From: the human T2T-CHM13v2.0 reference genome, Homo sapiens
Assembly: GCF_009914755.1 (NCBI RefSeq)
Contig: NC_060925.1
DNA length: 64,000 nucleotides
Direction: 5' to 3' (one strand)
The translations under genes were made by a program, and so were the position numbers. The notes under the pieces are model-generated. The model had not been told where the DNA came from and did not search any database. It saw nothing but the letters and a program-made list of their open reading frames with translations. Position 1 is the stretch's first letter, and each line of letters begins with the position of its first letter. Below, piece after piece: positions 27,858 through 41,100 of this stretch.

Positions 27858-30800
27858 GAATCGAATGGAATCATCGAGTGGACTCGAATGGAATAATCAT
27901 TGAACGGAATCGAATGGAATCATCATCGGATGGAAATGAATGGAATCATCATCGAATGGAATCGAATAGAATTATGGAATGAAATCCAGTGTGATCATCA
28001 TCGAATGGACCCGAATGGAATCATCATCCAATGGAAGCTAATGGAATCAACATCGAATGAATCGAATGGAAACACCATCGAATTGAAACGAATGGAATTA
28101 CCATGAAATTGAAATGGATGGACTCATCATCGAATGGATTCGGATGGAATCATCGAATAAAATTGATTGAAATCATCATCGAATGGAATCGAATGGTATC
28201 ATTGAATGGAATCGAATGGAATCATCATCAGATGGAAATGAATGGAATCGTCATAGAATGGAATCGAATGGATTCATTGAATGGAATCAGATGGAATCAT
28301 CGAATGGACTGGAATGGAATCATTGAATGGACTATAAAGGGATCATGATTGAATGGAATTGAATGGAATCATCGAATGGTCTCGATTGGAATCATTATCA
28401 AATGGAATCGAATGGAATCACCGAATAGAATCGAATGGAACAATCATCGAACGGACTCAAATGGAATTATCCTTAAATGGAATCGAATGGAATTATCGAA
28501 TGCAATCGAATGGAATTATCGAATGCAATCGAATAGAATCATCGAATGGACTCGAATGGAATCATCGAATGGAATGGAATGGAACAGTCAATGAACTCGA
28601 ATGGAATCATCATTGAATGGAATCGAATGGAATCATCGAGTGGAATCGAATGGAATTATGATCAAATGGAATCGAATGTAATCATCATCAAATGGAATCA
28701 AAAATAACCATCATCAATTGGTATTGAATGGAATTGTCATCAAAAGGAATTCAAAGGAATCATCATCAAATGGAACCGAATGGAATCCTCATTGAATGGA
28801 AATGAAAGGGGTCATCATCTAATGGAATCGCATGGAATCATCATCAAATGGAATCGAATGGAATCATCATCAAATGGAATCTAATGGAATCATTGAACAG
28901 AATTGAATGGAATCGTCATCGAATGAATTGAATGCAATCATCGAATGGTCTCGAATGGAATCATCTTCTAATGGAAAGGAATGGAATCATCGCATAGAAT
29001 CGAATGGAATTAACATTGAATGGACTCGAATGGAATCAACATCAAACGGAATCAAGCGGAATTATCGAATGGAATCGAAGAGATTCATCGAATGAACTCG
29101 AATGGAATCATCTAATGGAATGGAATGGAATAATCCATGGACCCGAATGCAATCATCATCGTATAAAATAGAATGGAATCATCGAATGGACTCGAATGGA
29201 ATAATCATTGAACGGAATCGAATGGAATCATCATCGGATGGAAACGAATGGAATCATCATCGAATGGAAATGAAAGGAGTCATCATCTAATGGAATTGCA
29301 TGGAATCATCATAAAATGGAATCGAATGGAATCAACATCAAATGGAATCAAATGGAATCATTGAACGGAATTGAATGGAGTCGTCATCGAATGAATTGAA
29401 TGCAATCATCGAAAGGTCTCGAATGGAATCATCTTCAAATGGAATGGAATGGAATCATCGCATAGAGTCGAATGGAATTATCATCGAATGGAATCGAATG
29501 GAATCAACCTCAAACGGAAAAAAACTGAATTATCGAATGGAATCGAAGAGAATCATCGAATGGACCCGAATGGAATCATCTAATGGAATGGAATGGAATA
29601 ATCCATGGACTCGAATGCAATCATCATCGAATGGAATCGAATGGAATCATCGAGTGGACTCGAATGGAATAATCATTGAACGGAATCGAATGGAATCATC
29701 ATCGGATGGAAATGAATGGAATCATCATCGAATGGAATCGAATAGAATTATGGAATGAAATCCAGTGTGATCATCATCGAATGGACCCGAATGGAATCAT
29801 CATCCAACGGAAGCTAATGGAATCAACATCGAATGAATCGAATGGAAACACCATCGAATTGAAACGAATGGAATTATCATGAAATTGAAATGGATGGACT
29901 CATCATCGAATGGATTCGAATGGAATCATCGAATAAAATTGATTGAAATCATCATCCAATGGAATCGAATGGTATCATTGAATGGAATCGAATGGAATCA
30001 TCATCAGATGGAAATGAATGGAATCGTCATAGAATGGAATCGAATGGATTCATTGAATGGAATCAGATGGAATCATCGAATGGACTGGAATGGAATCATT
30101 GAATGGACTCGAAAGGGATCATGATTGAATGGAATTGAATGGAATCATCGAATGGTCTCGATTGGAATCATTATCAAATGGAATCGAATGGAATCACCGA
30201 ATAGAATCGAATGGAACAATCATCGAATGGACTCAAATGGAATTATCCTCCAATGGAATCGAATGGAATTATCGAATGCAATCGAATGGAATTATCGAAT
30301 GCAATCGAATAGAATCATCGAATGGACTCGAACGGAATCATCGAATGGAATGGAATGGAACAGTCAATGAACTCGAATGGAATCATCATTGAATGGAATC
30401 GAATGGAATCATCGAGTGGAATCAAATGGAATTATGATCAAATGGAATCGAATGTAATCATCATCAAATGGAATCAAAAATAACCATCATCAATTGGTAT
30501 TGAATGGAATTGTCATCAAATGGAATTCAAAGGAATCATCATCAAATGGAACTGAATGGAATCCTCATTGAATGGAAATGAAAGGGGTCATCATCTAATG
30601 GAATCGCATGGAATCATCATCAAATGGAATCGAATGGAATCATCATCAAATGGAATCTAATGGAATCATTGAACAGAATTGAATGGAATCGTCATCGAAT
30701 GAATTGAATGCAATCATCGAATGGTCTCGAATGGAATCATCTTCTAATGGAAATGAATGGAATCATCGCATAGAATCGAATGGAATTAACATTGAATGGA

Positions 30801-33800
30801 CTCGAATGGAATCAACATCAAATGGATTCTAGCGGAATTATCGAATGGAATCGAAGAGATTCATCGAATGGACTCGAATGGAATCATCTAATGGAATGGA
30901 ATGGAATAATCCATGGACCCGAATGCAATCATCATCGTATAAAATCGAATGGAATCATCGAATGGACTCGAATGGAATAATCATTGAACGGAATCGAATG
31001 GAATCATCATCGGATGGAAACGAATGGAATCATCATCGAATGGAAATGAAAGGAGTCATCATCTAATGGAATTGCATGGAATCATCATAAAATGGAATCG
31101 AATGGAATCAACATCAAATGGAATCAAATGGAATCATTGAACGGAATTGAATGGAGTCGTCATCGAATGAATTGAATGCAATCATCGAATGGTCTCGAAT
31201 GGAATCATCTTCAAATGGAATGGAATGGAATCATCGCATAGAATCGAATGGAATTATCATCGAATGGAATCGAATGGAATCAACCTCAAACGTAAAAAAA
31301 CGGAATTATCGAATGGAATCGAAGAGAATCATCGAATGGACCCGAATGGAATCATCTAATGGAATGGAATGGAATAATCCATGGACTCGAATGCAATCAT
31401 CATCGAATGGAATCGAATGGAATCATCGAGTGGACTCGAATGGAATAATCATTGAACGGAATCGAATGGAATCATCATCGGATGTAAATGAATGGAATCA
31501 TCATCGAATGGAATCGAATAGAATTATGGAATGAAATCCAGTGTGATCATCATCGAATGGACCCGAATGGAATCATCATCCAACGGAAGCTAATGGAATC
31601 AACATGGAATGAATCGAATGGAAACACCATCGAATTGAAACGAATGGAATTATCATGAAATTGAAATGGATGGACTCATCATCGAATGGATTCGAATGGA
31701 ATCATCGAATAAAATTGATTGAAATCATCATCGAATGGAATCGAATGGTATCATTGAATGGAATCGAATGGAATCATCATCAGATGGAAATGAATGGAAT
31801 CGTCATAGAATGGAATCGAATGGATTCATTGAATGGAATCAGATGGAATCATCGAATGGACTGGAATGGAATCATTGAATGGACTCGAAAGGGATCATGA
31901 TTGAATGGAATTGAATGGAATCATCGAATGGTCTCGATTGGAATCATTATCAAATGGAATCGAATGGAATCACCGAATAGAATCGAATGGAACAATCATC
32001 GAATGGACTCAAATGGAATTATCCTCCAATGGAATCGAATGGAATTATCGAATGCAATCGAATGGAATTATCGAATGCAATCGAATAGAATCATCGAATG
32101 GACTCGAATGGAATCATCGAATGGAATGGAATGGAACAGTCAATGAACACGAATGGAATCATCATTGAATGGAATCGAATGGAATCATCGAGTGGAATCG
32201 AATGGAATTATGATCAAATGGAATCGAATGTAATCATCATCAAATGGAATCAAAAATAACCATCATCAATTGGTATTGAATGGAATTGTCATCAAATGGA
32301 ATTCAAAGGAATCATCATCAAATGGAACCGAATGGAATCCTCATTGAATGGAAATGAAAGGGGTCATCATCTAATGGAATCGCATGGAATCATCATCAAA
32401 TGGAATCTAATGGAATCATTGAACAGAATTGAATGGAATCGTCATCGAATGAATTGAATGCAATCATCGAATGGTCTCGAATGGAATCATCTTCTAATGC
32501 AAAGGAATGGAATCATCGCATAGAATCGAATGGAATTATCATCAAATGGAATCGAATGGTATCAACACCAAACGGAAAAAAACGGAATTATCGAATGGAA
32601 TCGAAGAGAATCTTCGAACGGACCCGAATGGAATCATCTAATGGAATGGAATGGAATAATCCATGGACTCGAATGCAATCATCATCGAATGGAATCGAAT
32701 GGAATCATCGAATGGACTCGAATGGAATAATCATTGAACGGAATCGAATGGAATCATCATCGGATGGAAACGAATGGAATCATCATCGAATGGAAATGAA
32801 AGGAGTCATCATCTAATGCAATTGCATGGAATCATCATCAAATGGAATCGAATGGAATCAACATCAAATGGAATCTAATGGAATCATTGAACAGAATTGA
32901 ATGGAATCGTCATCGAATGAATTGACTGCAATCATCGAATGGTCTCGAATGGAATCATCTTCAAATGGAATGGAATGGAATCATCGCATAGAATCGAATG
33001 GAATTATCATCGAATGGAATCGAATGGAATCAACATCAAACGGAAAAAAACGGAATTATCGAATGGAATCGAAGAGAATCATCGAATGGACCCGAATGGA
33101 ATCATCTAATGGAATGGAATGGAATAATCCATGGACTCGAATGCAATCATCATCGAATGGAATCGAATGGAATCATCGAATGGACTCGAATGGAATAATC
33201 ATTGAACGGAATCGAATGGAATCATCATCGGATGGAAATGAATGGAATCATCATCGAATGGAATCGAATAGAATTATGGAATGAAATCCAGTGTGATCAT
33301 CATCGAATGGACCCGAATGGAATCATCATCCAACGGAAGCTAATGGAATCAACATCGAATGAATCAAATGGAAACATCATCGAATTGAAACGAATGGAAT
33401 TATCATGAAATTGAAATGGATGGACTCATCATCGAATGGATTCGAATGGAATCATCGAATAAAATTGATTGAAATCATCATCCAATGGAATCGAATGGTA
33501 TCATTGAATGGAATCGAATGGAATCATCATCAGATGGAAATGAATGGAATCGTCATAGAATGGAATCGAATGGATTCATTGAATGGAATCAGATGGAATC
33601 ATCGAATGGACTGGAATGGAATCATTGAATGGACTCAAAAGGGATCATGATTGAATGGAATTGAATGGAATCATCGAATGGTCTCGATTGGAATCATTAT
33701 CAAATGGAATCGAATGGAATCACCGAATAGAATCGAATGGAACAATCATCGAATGGACTCAAATGGAATTATCCTCAAATGGAATCGAATGGAATTATCG

Positions 33801-34208
33801 AATGCAATCGAATGGAATTATCGAATGCAATCGAATAGAATCATCGAATGGACTCGAATGGAATCATCGAATGGAATGGAATGGAACAGTCAATGAACTC
33901 GAATGGAATCATCATTGAATGGAATCGAATGGAATCATCGAGTGGAATCGAATGGAATTATGATCAAATGGAATCGAATGTAATCATCATCCAATGGAAT
34001 CAAAAATAACCATCATCAATTGGTATTGAATGGAATTGTCATCAAATGGAATTCAAAGGAATCATCATCAAATGGAACCGAATGGAATCCTCATTGAATG
34101 GAAATGAAAGGGGTCATCATCTAATGGAATCGCATGGAATCATCATCAAATGGAATCGAATGGAATCATCATCAAATGGAATCTAATGGAATCATTGAAC
34201 AGAATTGA

Positions 34209-35270
34209 ATGGAATCGTCATCGAATGAATTGAATGCAATCATCGAATGGTCTCGAATGGAATCATCTTCTAATGGAAAGGAATGGAATCATCGCATAGA
34301 ATCGAATGGAATTATCATCGAATGGAATCGAATGGTATCAACACCAAACGGAAAAAAACGGAATTATCGAATGGAATCGAAGAGAATCTTCGAACGGACC
34401 CGAATGGAATCATCTAATGGAATGGAATGGAATAATCCATGGACTCGAATGCAATCATCATCGAATGGAATCGAATGGAATCATCGAATGGACTCGAATG
34501 GAATAATCATTGAACGGAATCGAATGGAATCATCATCGGATGGAAACGAATGGAATCATCATCGAATGGAAATGAAAGGAGTCATCATCTAATGGAATTG
34601 CATGGAATCATCATAAAATGGAATCGAATGGAATCAACATCAAATGGAATCAAATGGAATCATTGAACGGAATTGAATGGAATCGTCATCGAATGAATTG
34701 ACTGCAATCATCGAATGGTTCGAATGGAATCATCTTCAAATGGAATGGAATGGAATCATCGCATAGAATCGAATGGAATTATCATCGAATGGAATCGAAT
34801 GGAATCAACATCAAACGGAAAAAAACGGAATTATCGAATGGAATCGAAGAGAATCATCGAATGGACCCGAATGGAATCATCTAATGGAATGGAATGGAAT
34901 AATCCATGGACTCGAATGCAATCATCATCGAATGGAATCGAATGGAATCATCGAATGAACTCGAATGGAATCATCATTGAATGGAATCGAATGGAATCAT
35001 CGAGTGGAATCGAATGGAATTATGATCAAATGGAATCGAATGTAATCATCATCAAATGGAATCAAAAATAACCATCATCAATTGGTATTGAATGGAATTG
35101 TCATCAAATGGAATTCAAAGGAATCATCATCAAATGGAACCGAATGGAATCCTCATTGAATGGAAATGAAAGGGGTCATCATCTAATGGAATCGCATGGA
35201 ATCATCATCAAATGGAATCGAATGGAATCATCATCAAATGGAATCTAATGGAATCATTGAACAGAATTGA
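34209..35270 (+). repeat. Truncated 1,062-bp unit (713-bp deletion plus 1-bp deletion)
   Basis: Junction GGAATCATCGAATGAACTCGAATGGAATCATCATTG at ~34955 skips the CCAGTGTG to AACAGTC portion. Confidence 0.88.
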
Positions 35271-37046
35271 ATGGAATCGTCATCGAATGAATTGAATGCA
35301 ATCATCGAATGGTCTCGAATGGAATCATCTTCTAATGGAAAGGAATGGAATCATCGCATAGAATCGAATGGAATTATCATCGAATGGAATCGAATGGTAT
35401 CAACACCAAATGGAAAAAAACGGAATTATCGAATGGAATCGAAGAGAATCTTCGAACGGACCCGAATGGAATCATCTAATGGAATGGAATGGAATAATCC
35501 ATGGACTCGAATGCAATCATCATCGAATGGAATGGAATGGAATCATCGAATGGACTCGAATGGAATAATCATTAAACGGAATCGAATGGAATCATCATCG
35601 GATGGAAACGAATGGAATCATCATCGAATGGAAATGAAAGGAGTCATCATCTAATGGAATTGCATGGAATCATCATAAAATGGAATCGAATGGAATCAAC
35701 ATCAAATGGAATCAAATGGAATCATTGAACGGAATTGAATGGAATCGTCATCGAATGAATTGACTGCAATCATCGAATGGTCTCGAATGGAATCATCTTC
35801 AAATGGAATGGAATGGAATCATCGCATAGAATCGAATGGAATTATCATCGAATGGAATCGAATGGAATCAACATCAAACGGAAAAAAACGGAATTATCGA
35901 ATGGAATCGAAGAGAATCATCGAATGGACCCGAATGGAATCATCTAATGGAATGGAATGGAATAATCCATGGACTCGAATGCAATCATCATCGAATGGAA
36001 TCGAATGGAATCATCGAATGGACTCGAATGGAATAATCATTGAACGGAAACGAATGGAATCATCATTGGATGGAAATGAATGGAATCATCATCGAATGGA
36101 ATCGAATAGAATTATGGAATGAAATCCAGTGTGATCATCATCGAATGGACCCGAATGGAATCATCATCCAACGGAAGCTAATGGAATCAACATCGAATGA
36201 ATCGAATGGAAACACCATCGAATTGAAACGAATGGAATTATCATGAAATTGAAATGGATGGACTCATCATCGAATGGATTCGAATAGAATCATCGAATAA
36301 AATTGATTGAAATCATCATCGAATGGAATCGAATGGTATCATTGAATGGAATCGAATGGAATCATCATCAGATGGAAATGAATGGAATCGTCATAGAATG
36401 GAATCGAATGGATTCATTGAATGGAATCAGATGGAATCATCGAATGGACTGGAATGGAATCATTGAATGGACTCGAAAGGGATCATGATTGAATGGAATT
36501 GAATGGAATCATCGAATGGTCTCGATTGGAATCATTATCAAATGGAATCGAATGGAATCACCGAATAGAATCGAATGGAACAATCATCGAATGGACTCAA
36601 ATGGAATTATCCTCAAATGGAATCGAATGGAATTATCGAATGCAATCGAATGGAATTTTCGAATGCAATCGAATAGAATCATCGAATGGACTCGAATGGA
36701 ATCATCGAATAGAATGGAATGGAACAGTCAATGAACTCGAATGGAATCATCATTGAATGGAATCGAATGGAATCATCGAGTGGAATCGAATGGAATTATG
36801 ATCAAATGGAATCGAATGTAATCATCATCAAATGGAATCAAAAATAACCATCATCAATTGGTATTGAATGGAATTGTCATCAAATGGAATTCAAAGGAAT
36901 CATCATCAAATGGAACCGAATGGAATCCTCATTGAATGGAAATGAAAGGGGTCATCATCTAATGGAATCGCATGGAATCATCATCAAATGGAATCGAATG
37001 GAATCATCATCAAATGGAATCTAATGGAATCATTGAACAGAATTGA

Positions 37047-38109
37047 ATGGAATGGTCATCGAATGAATTGAATGCAATCATCGAATGGTCTCGAATGGAA
37101 TCATCTTCTAATGGAAAGGAATGGAATCATCGCATAGAATCGAATGGAATTATCATCGAATGGAATCGAATGGTATCAACACCAAACGGAAAAAAACGGA
37201 ATTATCGAATGGAATCGAAGAGAATCTTCGAACGGACCCGAATGGAATCATCTAATGGAATGGAATGGAATAATCCATGGACTCGAATGCAATCATCATC
37301 GAATGGAATCGAATGGAATCATCGAATGGACTCAAATGGAATAATCATTGAACGGAATCGAATTGAATCATCATCGGATGGAAACGAATGGAATCATCAT
37401 CGAATGGAAATGAAAGGAGTCATCATCTAATGGAATTGCATGGAATCATCATCAAATGGAATCGAATGGAATCAACATCAAATGGAATCAAATGGAATAA
37501 TTGAACGGAATTGAATGGAATCGTCATCGAATGAATTGACTGCAATCATCGAATGGTCTCGAATGGAATCATCTTCAAATGGAATGGAATGGAATCATCG
37601 CATAAAATCGAATGGAATTATCATCGAATGGAATCGAATGGAATCAACATCAAACGGAAAAAAACGGAATTATCGAATGGAATCGAAGAGAATCATCGAA
37701 TGGACCCGAATGGAAACATCTAATGGAATGGAATGGAATAATCCATGGACTCGAATGCAATCATCATCGAATGGAATCGAATGGAATCATCGAATGAACT
37801 CGAATGGAATCATCATTGAATGGAATCGAATGGAATCATCGAGTGGAATCGAATGGAATTATGATCAAATGGAATCGAATGTAATCATCATCAAATGGAA
37901 TCAAAAATAACCATCATCAATTGGTATTGAATGGAATTGTCATCAAATGGAATTCAAAGGAATCATCATCAAATGGAACCGAATGGAATCCTCATTGAAT
38001 GGAAATGAAAGGGGTCATCATCTAATGGAATCGCATGGAATCATCATCAAATGGAATCGAATGGAATCATCATCAAATGGAATCTAATGGAATCATTGAA
38101 CAGAATTGA
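37047..38109 (+). repeat. Truncated 1,063-bp unit (same 713-bp deletion)
   Basis: Identical junction at ~37795; anchors 37047 and 38110. Confidence 0.88.
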
Positions 38110-41100
38110 ATGGAATCGTCATCGAATGAATTGAATGCAATCATCGAATGGTCTCGAATGGAATCATCTTCTAATGGAAAGGAATGGAATCATCGCATAG
38201 AATCGAATGGAATTATCATCGAATGGAATCGAATGGTATCAACACCAAACGGAAAAAAACGGAATTATCGAATGGAATCGAAGAGAATCTTCGAACGGAC
38301 CCGAATGGAATCATCTAATGGAATGGAATGGAATAATCCATGGACTCGAATTCAATCATCATTGAATGGAATCGAATGGAATCATCGAATGGACTCGAAT
38401 GGAATAATCATTGAACGGAATCGAATGGAATCATCATCGGATGGAAACGAATGGAATCATCATCGAATGGAAATGAAAGGAGTCATCATCTAATGGAATT
38501 GCATGGAATCATCATAAAATGGAATCGAATGGAATCAACATCAAATGGAATCAAATGGAATCATTGAACGGAATTGAATGGAATCGTCATCGAATGAATT
38601 GACTGCAATCATCGAATGGTCTCGAATGGAATCATCTTCAAATGGAATGGAATGGAATCATCGCATAGAATCGAATGGAATTATCATCGAATGGAATCGA
38701 ATGGAATCAACATCAAACGGAAAAAAACGGAATTATCGAATGGAATCGAAGAGAATCATCGAATGGACCCGAATGGAATCATCTAATGGAATGGAATGGA
38801 ATAATCCATGGACTCGAATGCAATCATCATCGAATGGAATCGAATGGAATCATCGAATGGACTCGAATGGAATAATCATTGAACGGAAACGAATGGAATC
38901 ATCATCGGATGGAAATGAATGGAATCATCATGGAATGGAATCGAATAGAATTATGGAATGAAATCCAGTGTGATCATCATCGAATGGACCCGAATGGAAT
39001 CATCATCCAACGGAAGCTAATGGAATCAACATCGAATGAATCGAATGGAAACACCATCGAATTGAAACGAATGGAATTATCATGAAATTGAAATGGATGG
39101 ACTCATCATCGAATGGATTCGAATGGAATCATCGAATAAAATTGATTGAAATCATCATCGAATGGAATCGAATGGTATCATTGAATGGAATCGAATGGAA
39201 TCATCATCAGATGGAAATGAATGGAATCGTCATAGAATGGAATCGAATGGATTCATTGAATGGAATCAGATGGAATCATCGAATGGACTGGAATGGAATC
39301 ATTGAATGGACTCGAAAGGGATCATGATTGAATGGAATTGAATGGAATCATCGAATGGTCTCGATTGGAATCATTATCAAATGGAATCGAATGGAATCAC
39401 CGAATAGAATCGAATGGAACAATCATCGAATGGACTCAAATGGAATTATCCTCAAATGGAATCGAATGGAATTATCGAATGCAATCGAATGGAATTATCG
39501 AATGCAATCGAATAGAATCATCGAATGGACTCGAATGGAATCATCGAATGGAATGGAATGGAACAGTCAATGAACACGAATGGAATCATCATTGAATGGA
39601 ATCGAATGGAATCATCGAGTGGAATCGAATGGAATTATGATCAAATGGAATCGAATGTAATCATCATCAAATGGAATCAAAAATAACCATCATCAATTGG
39701 TATTGAATGGAATTGTCATCAAATGGAATTCAAAGGAATCATCATCAAATGGAACCGAATGGAATCCTCATTGAATGGAAATGAAAGGGGTCATCATCTA
39801 ATGGAATCGCATGGAATCATCATCAAATGGAATCTAATGGAATCATTGAACAGAATTGAATGGAATCGTCATCGAATGAATTGAATGCAATCATCGAATG
39901 GTCTCGAATGGAATCATCTTCTAATGGAAAGGAATGGAATCATCGCATAGAATCGAATGGAATTATCATCGAATGGAATCGAATGGTATCAACACCAAAA
40001 GGAAAAAAACGGAATTATCGAATGGAATCGAAGAGAATCTTCGAACGGACCCGAATGGAATCATCTAATGGAATGGAATGGAATAATCCATGGACTCGAA
40101 TGCAATCATCATTGAATGGAATCGAATGGAATCATCGAATGGACTCGAATGGAATAATCATTGAACGGAATCGAATGGAATCATCATCGGATGGAATCGA
40201 ATGGAAACATCATCGAATGGAAATGAAAGGAGTCATCATCTAATGGAATTGCATGGAATCATCATAAAATGGAATCGAATGGAATCAACATCAAATGGAA
40301 TCAAATGGAATCATTGAACGGAATTGAATGGAATCGTCATCGAATGAATTGACTGCAATCATCGAATGGTCTCGAATGGAATCATCTTCAAATGGAATGG
40401 AATGGAATCATCGCATAGAATCGAATGGAATTATCATCGAATGGAATCGAATGGAATCAACATCAAACGGAAATAAACGGAATTATCGAATGGAATCGAA
40501 GAGAATCATCGAATGGACCCGAATGGAATCATCTAATGGAATGGAATGGAATAATCCATGGACTCGAATGCAATCATCATCGAATGGAATCGAATGGAAT
40601 CATCGAATGGACTCGAATGGAATAATCATTGAACGGAAACGAATGGAATCATCATCGGATGGAAATGAATGGAATCATCATGGAATGGAATCGAATAGAA
40701 TTATGGAATGAAATCCAGTGTGATCATCATCGAATGGACCCGAATGGAATCATCATCCAACGGAAGCTAATGGAATCAACATCGAATGAATCGAATGGAA
40801 ACACCATCGAATTGAAACGAATGGAATTATCATGAAATTGAAATGGATGGACTCATCATCGAATGGATTCGAATGGAATCATCGAATAAAATTGATTGAA
40901 ATCATCATCGAATGGAATCGAATGGTATCATTGAATGGAATCGAATGGAATCATCATCAGATGGAAATGAATGGAATCGTCATAGAATGGAATCGAATGG
41001 ATTCATTGAATGGAATCAGATGGAATCATCGTATGGACTGGAATGGAATCATTGAATGGACTCGAAAGGGATCATGATTGAATGGAATTGAATGGAATCA

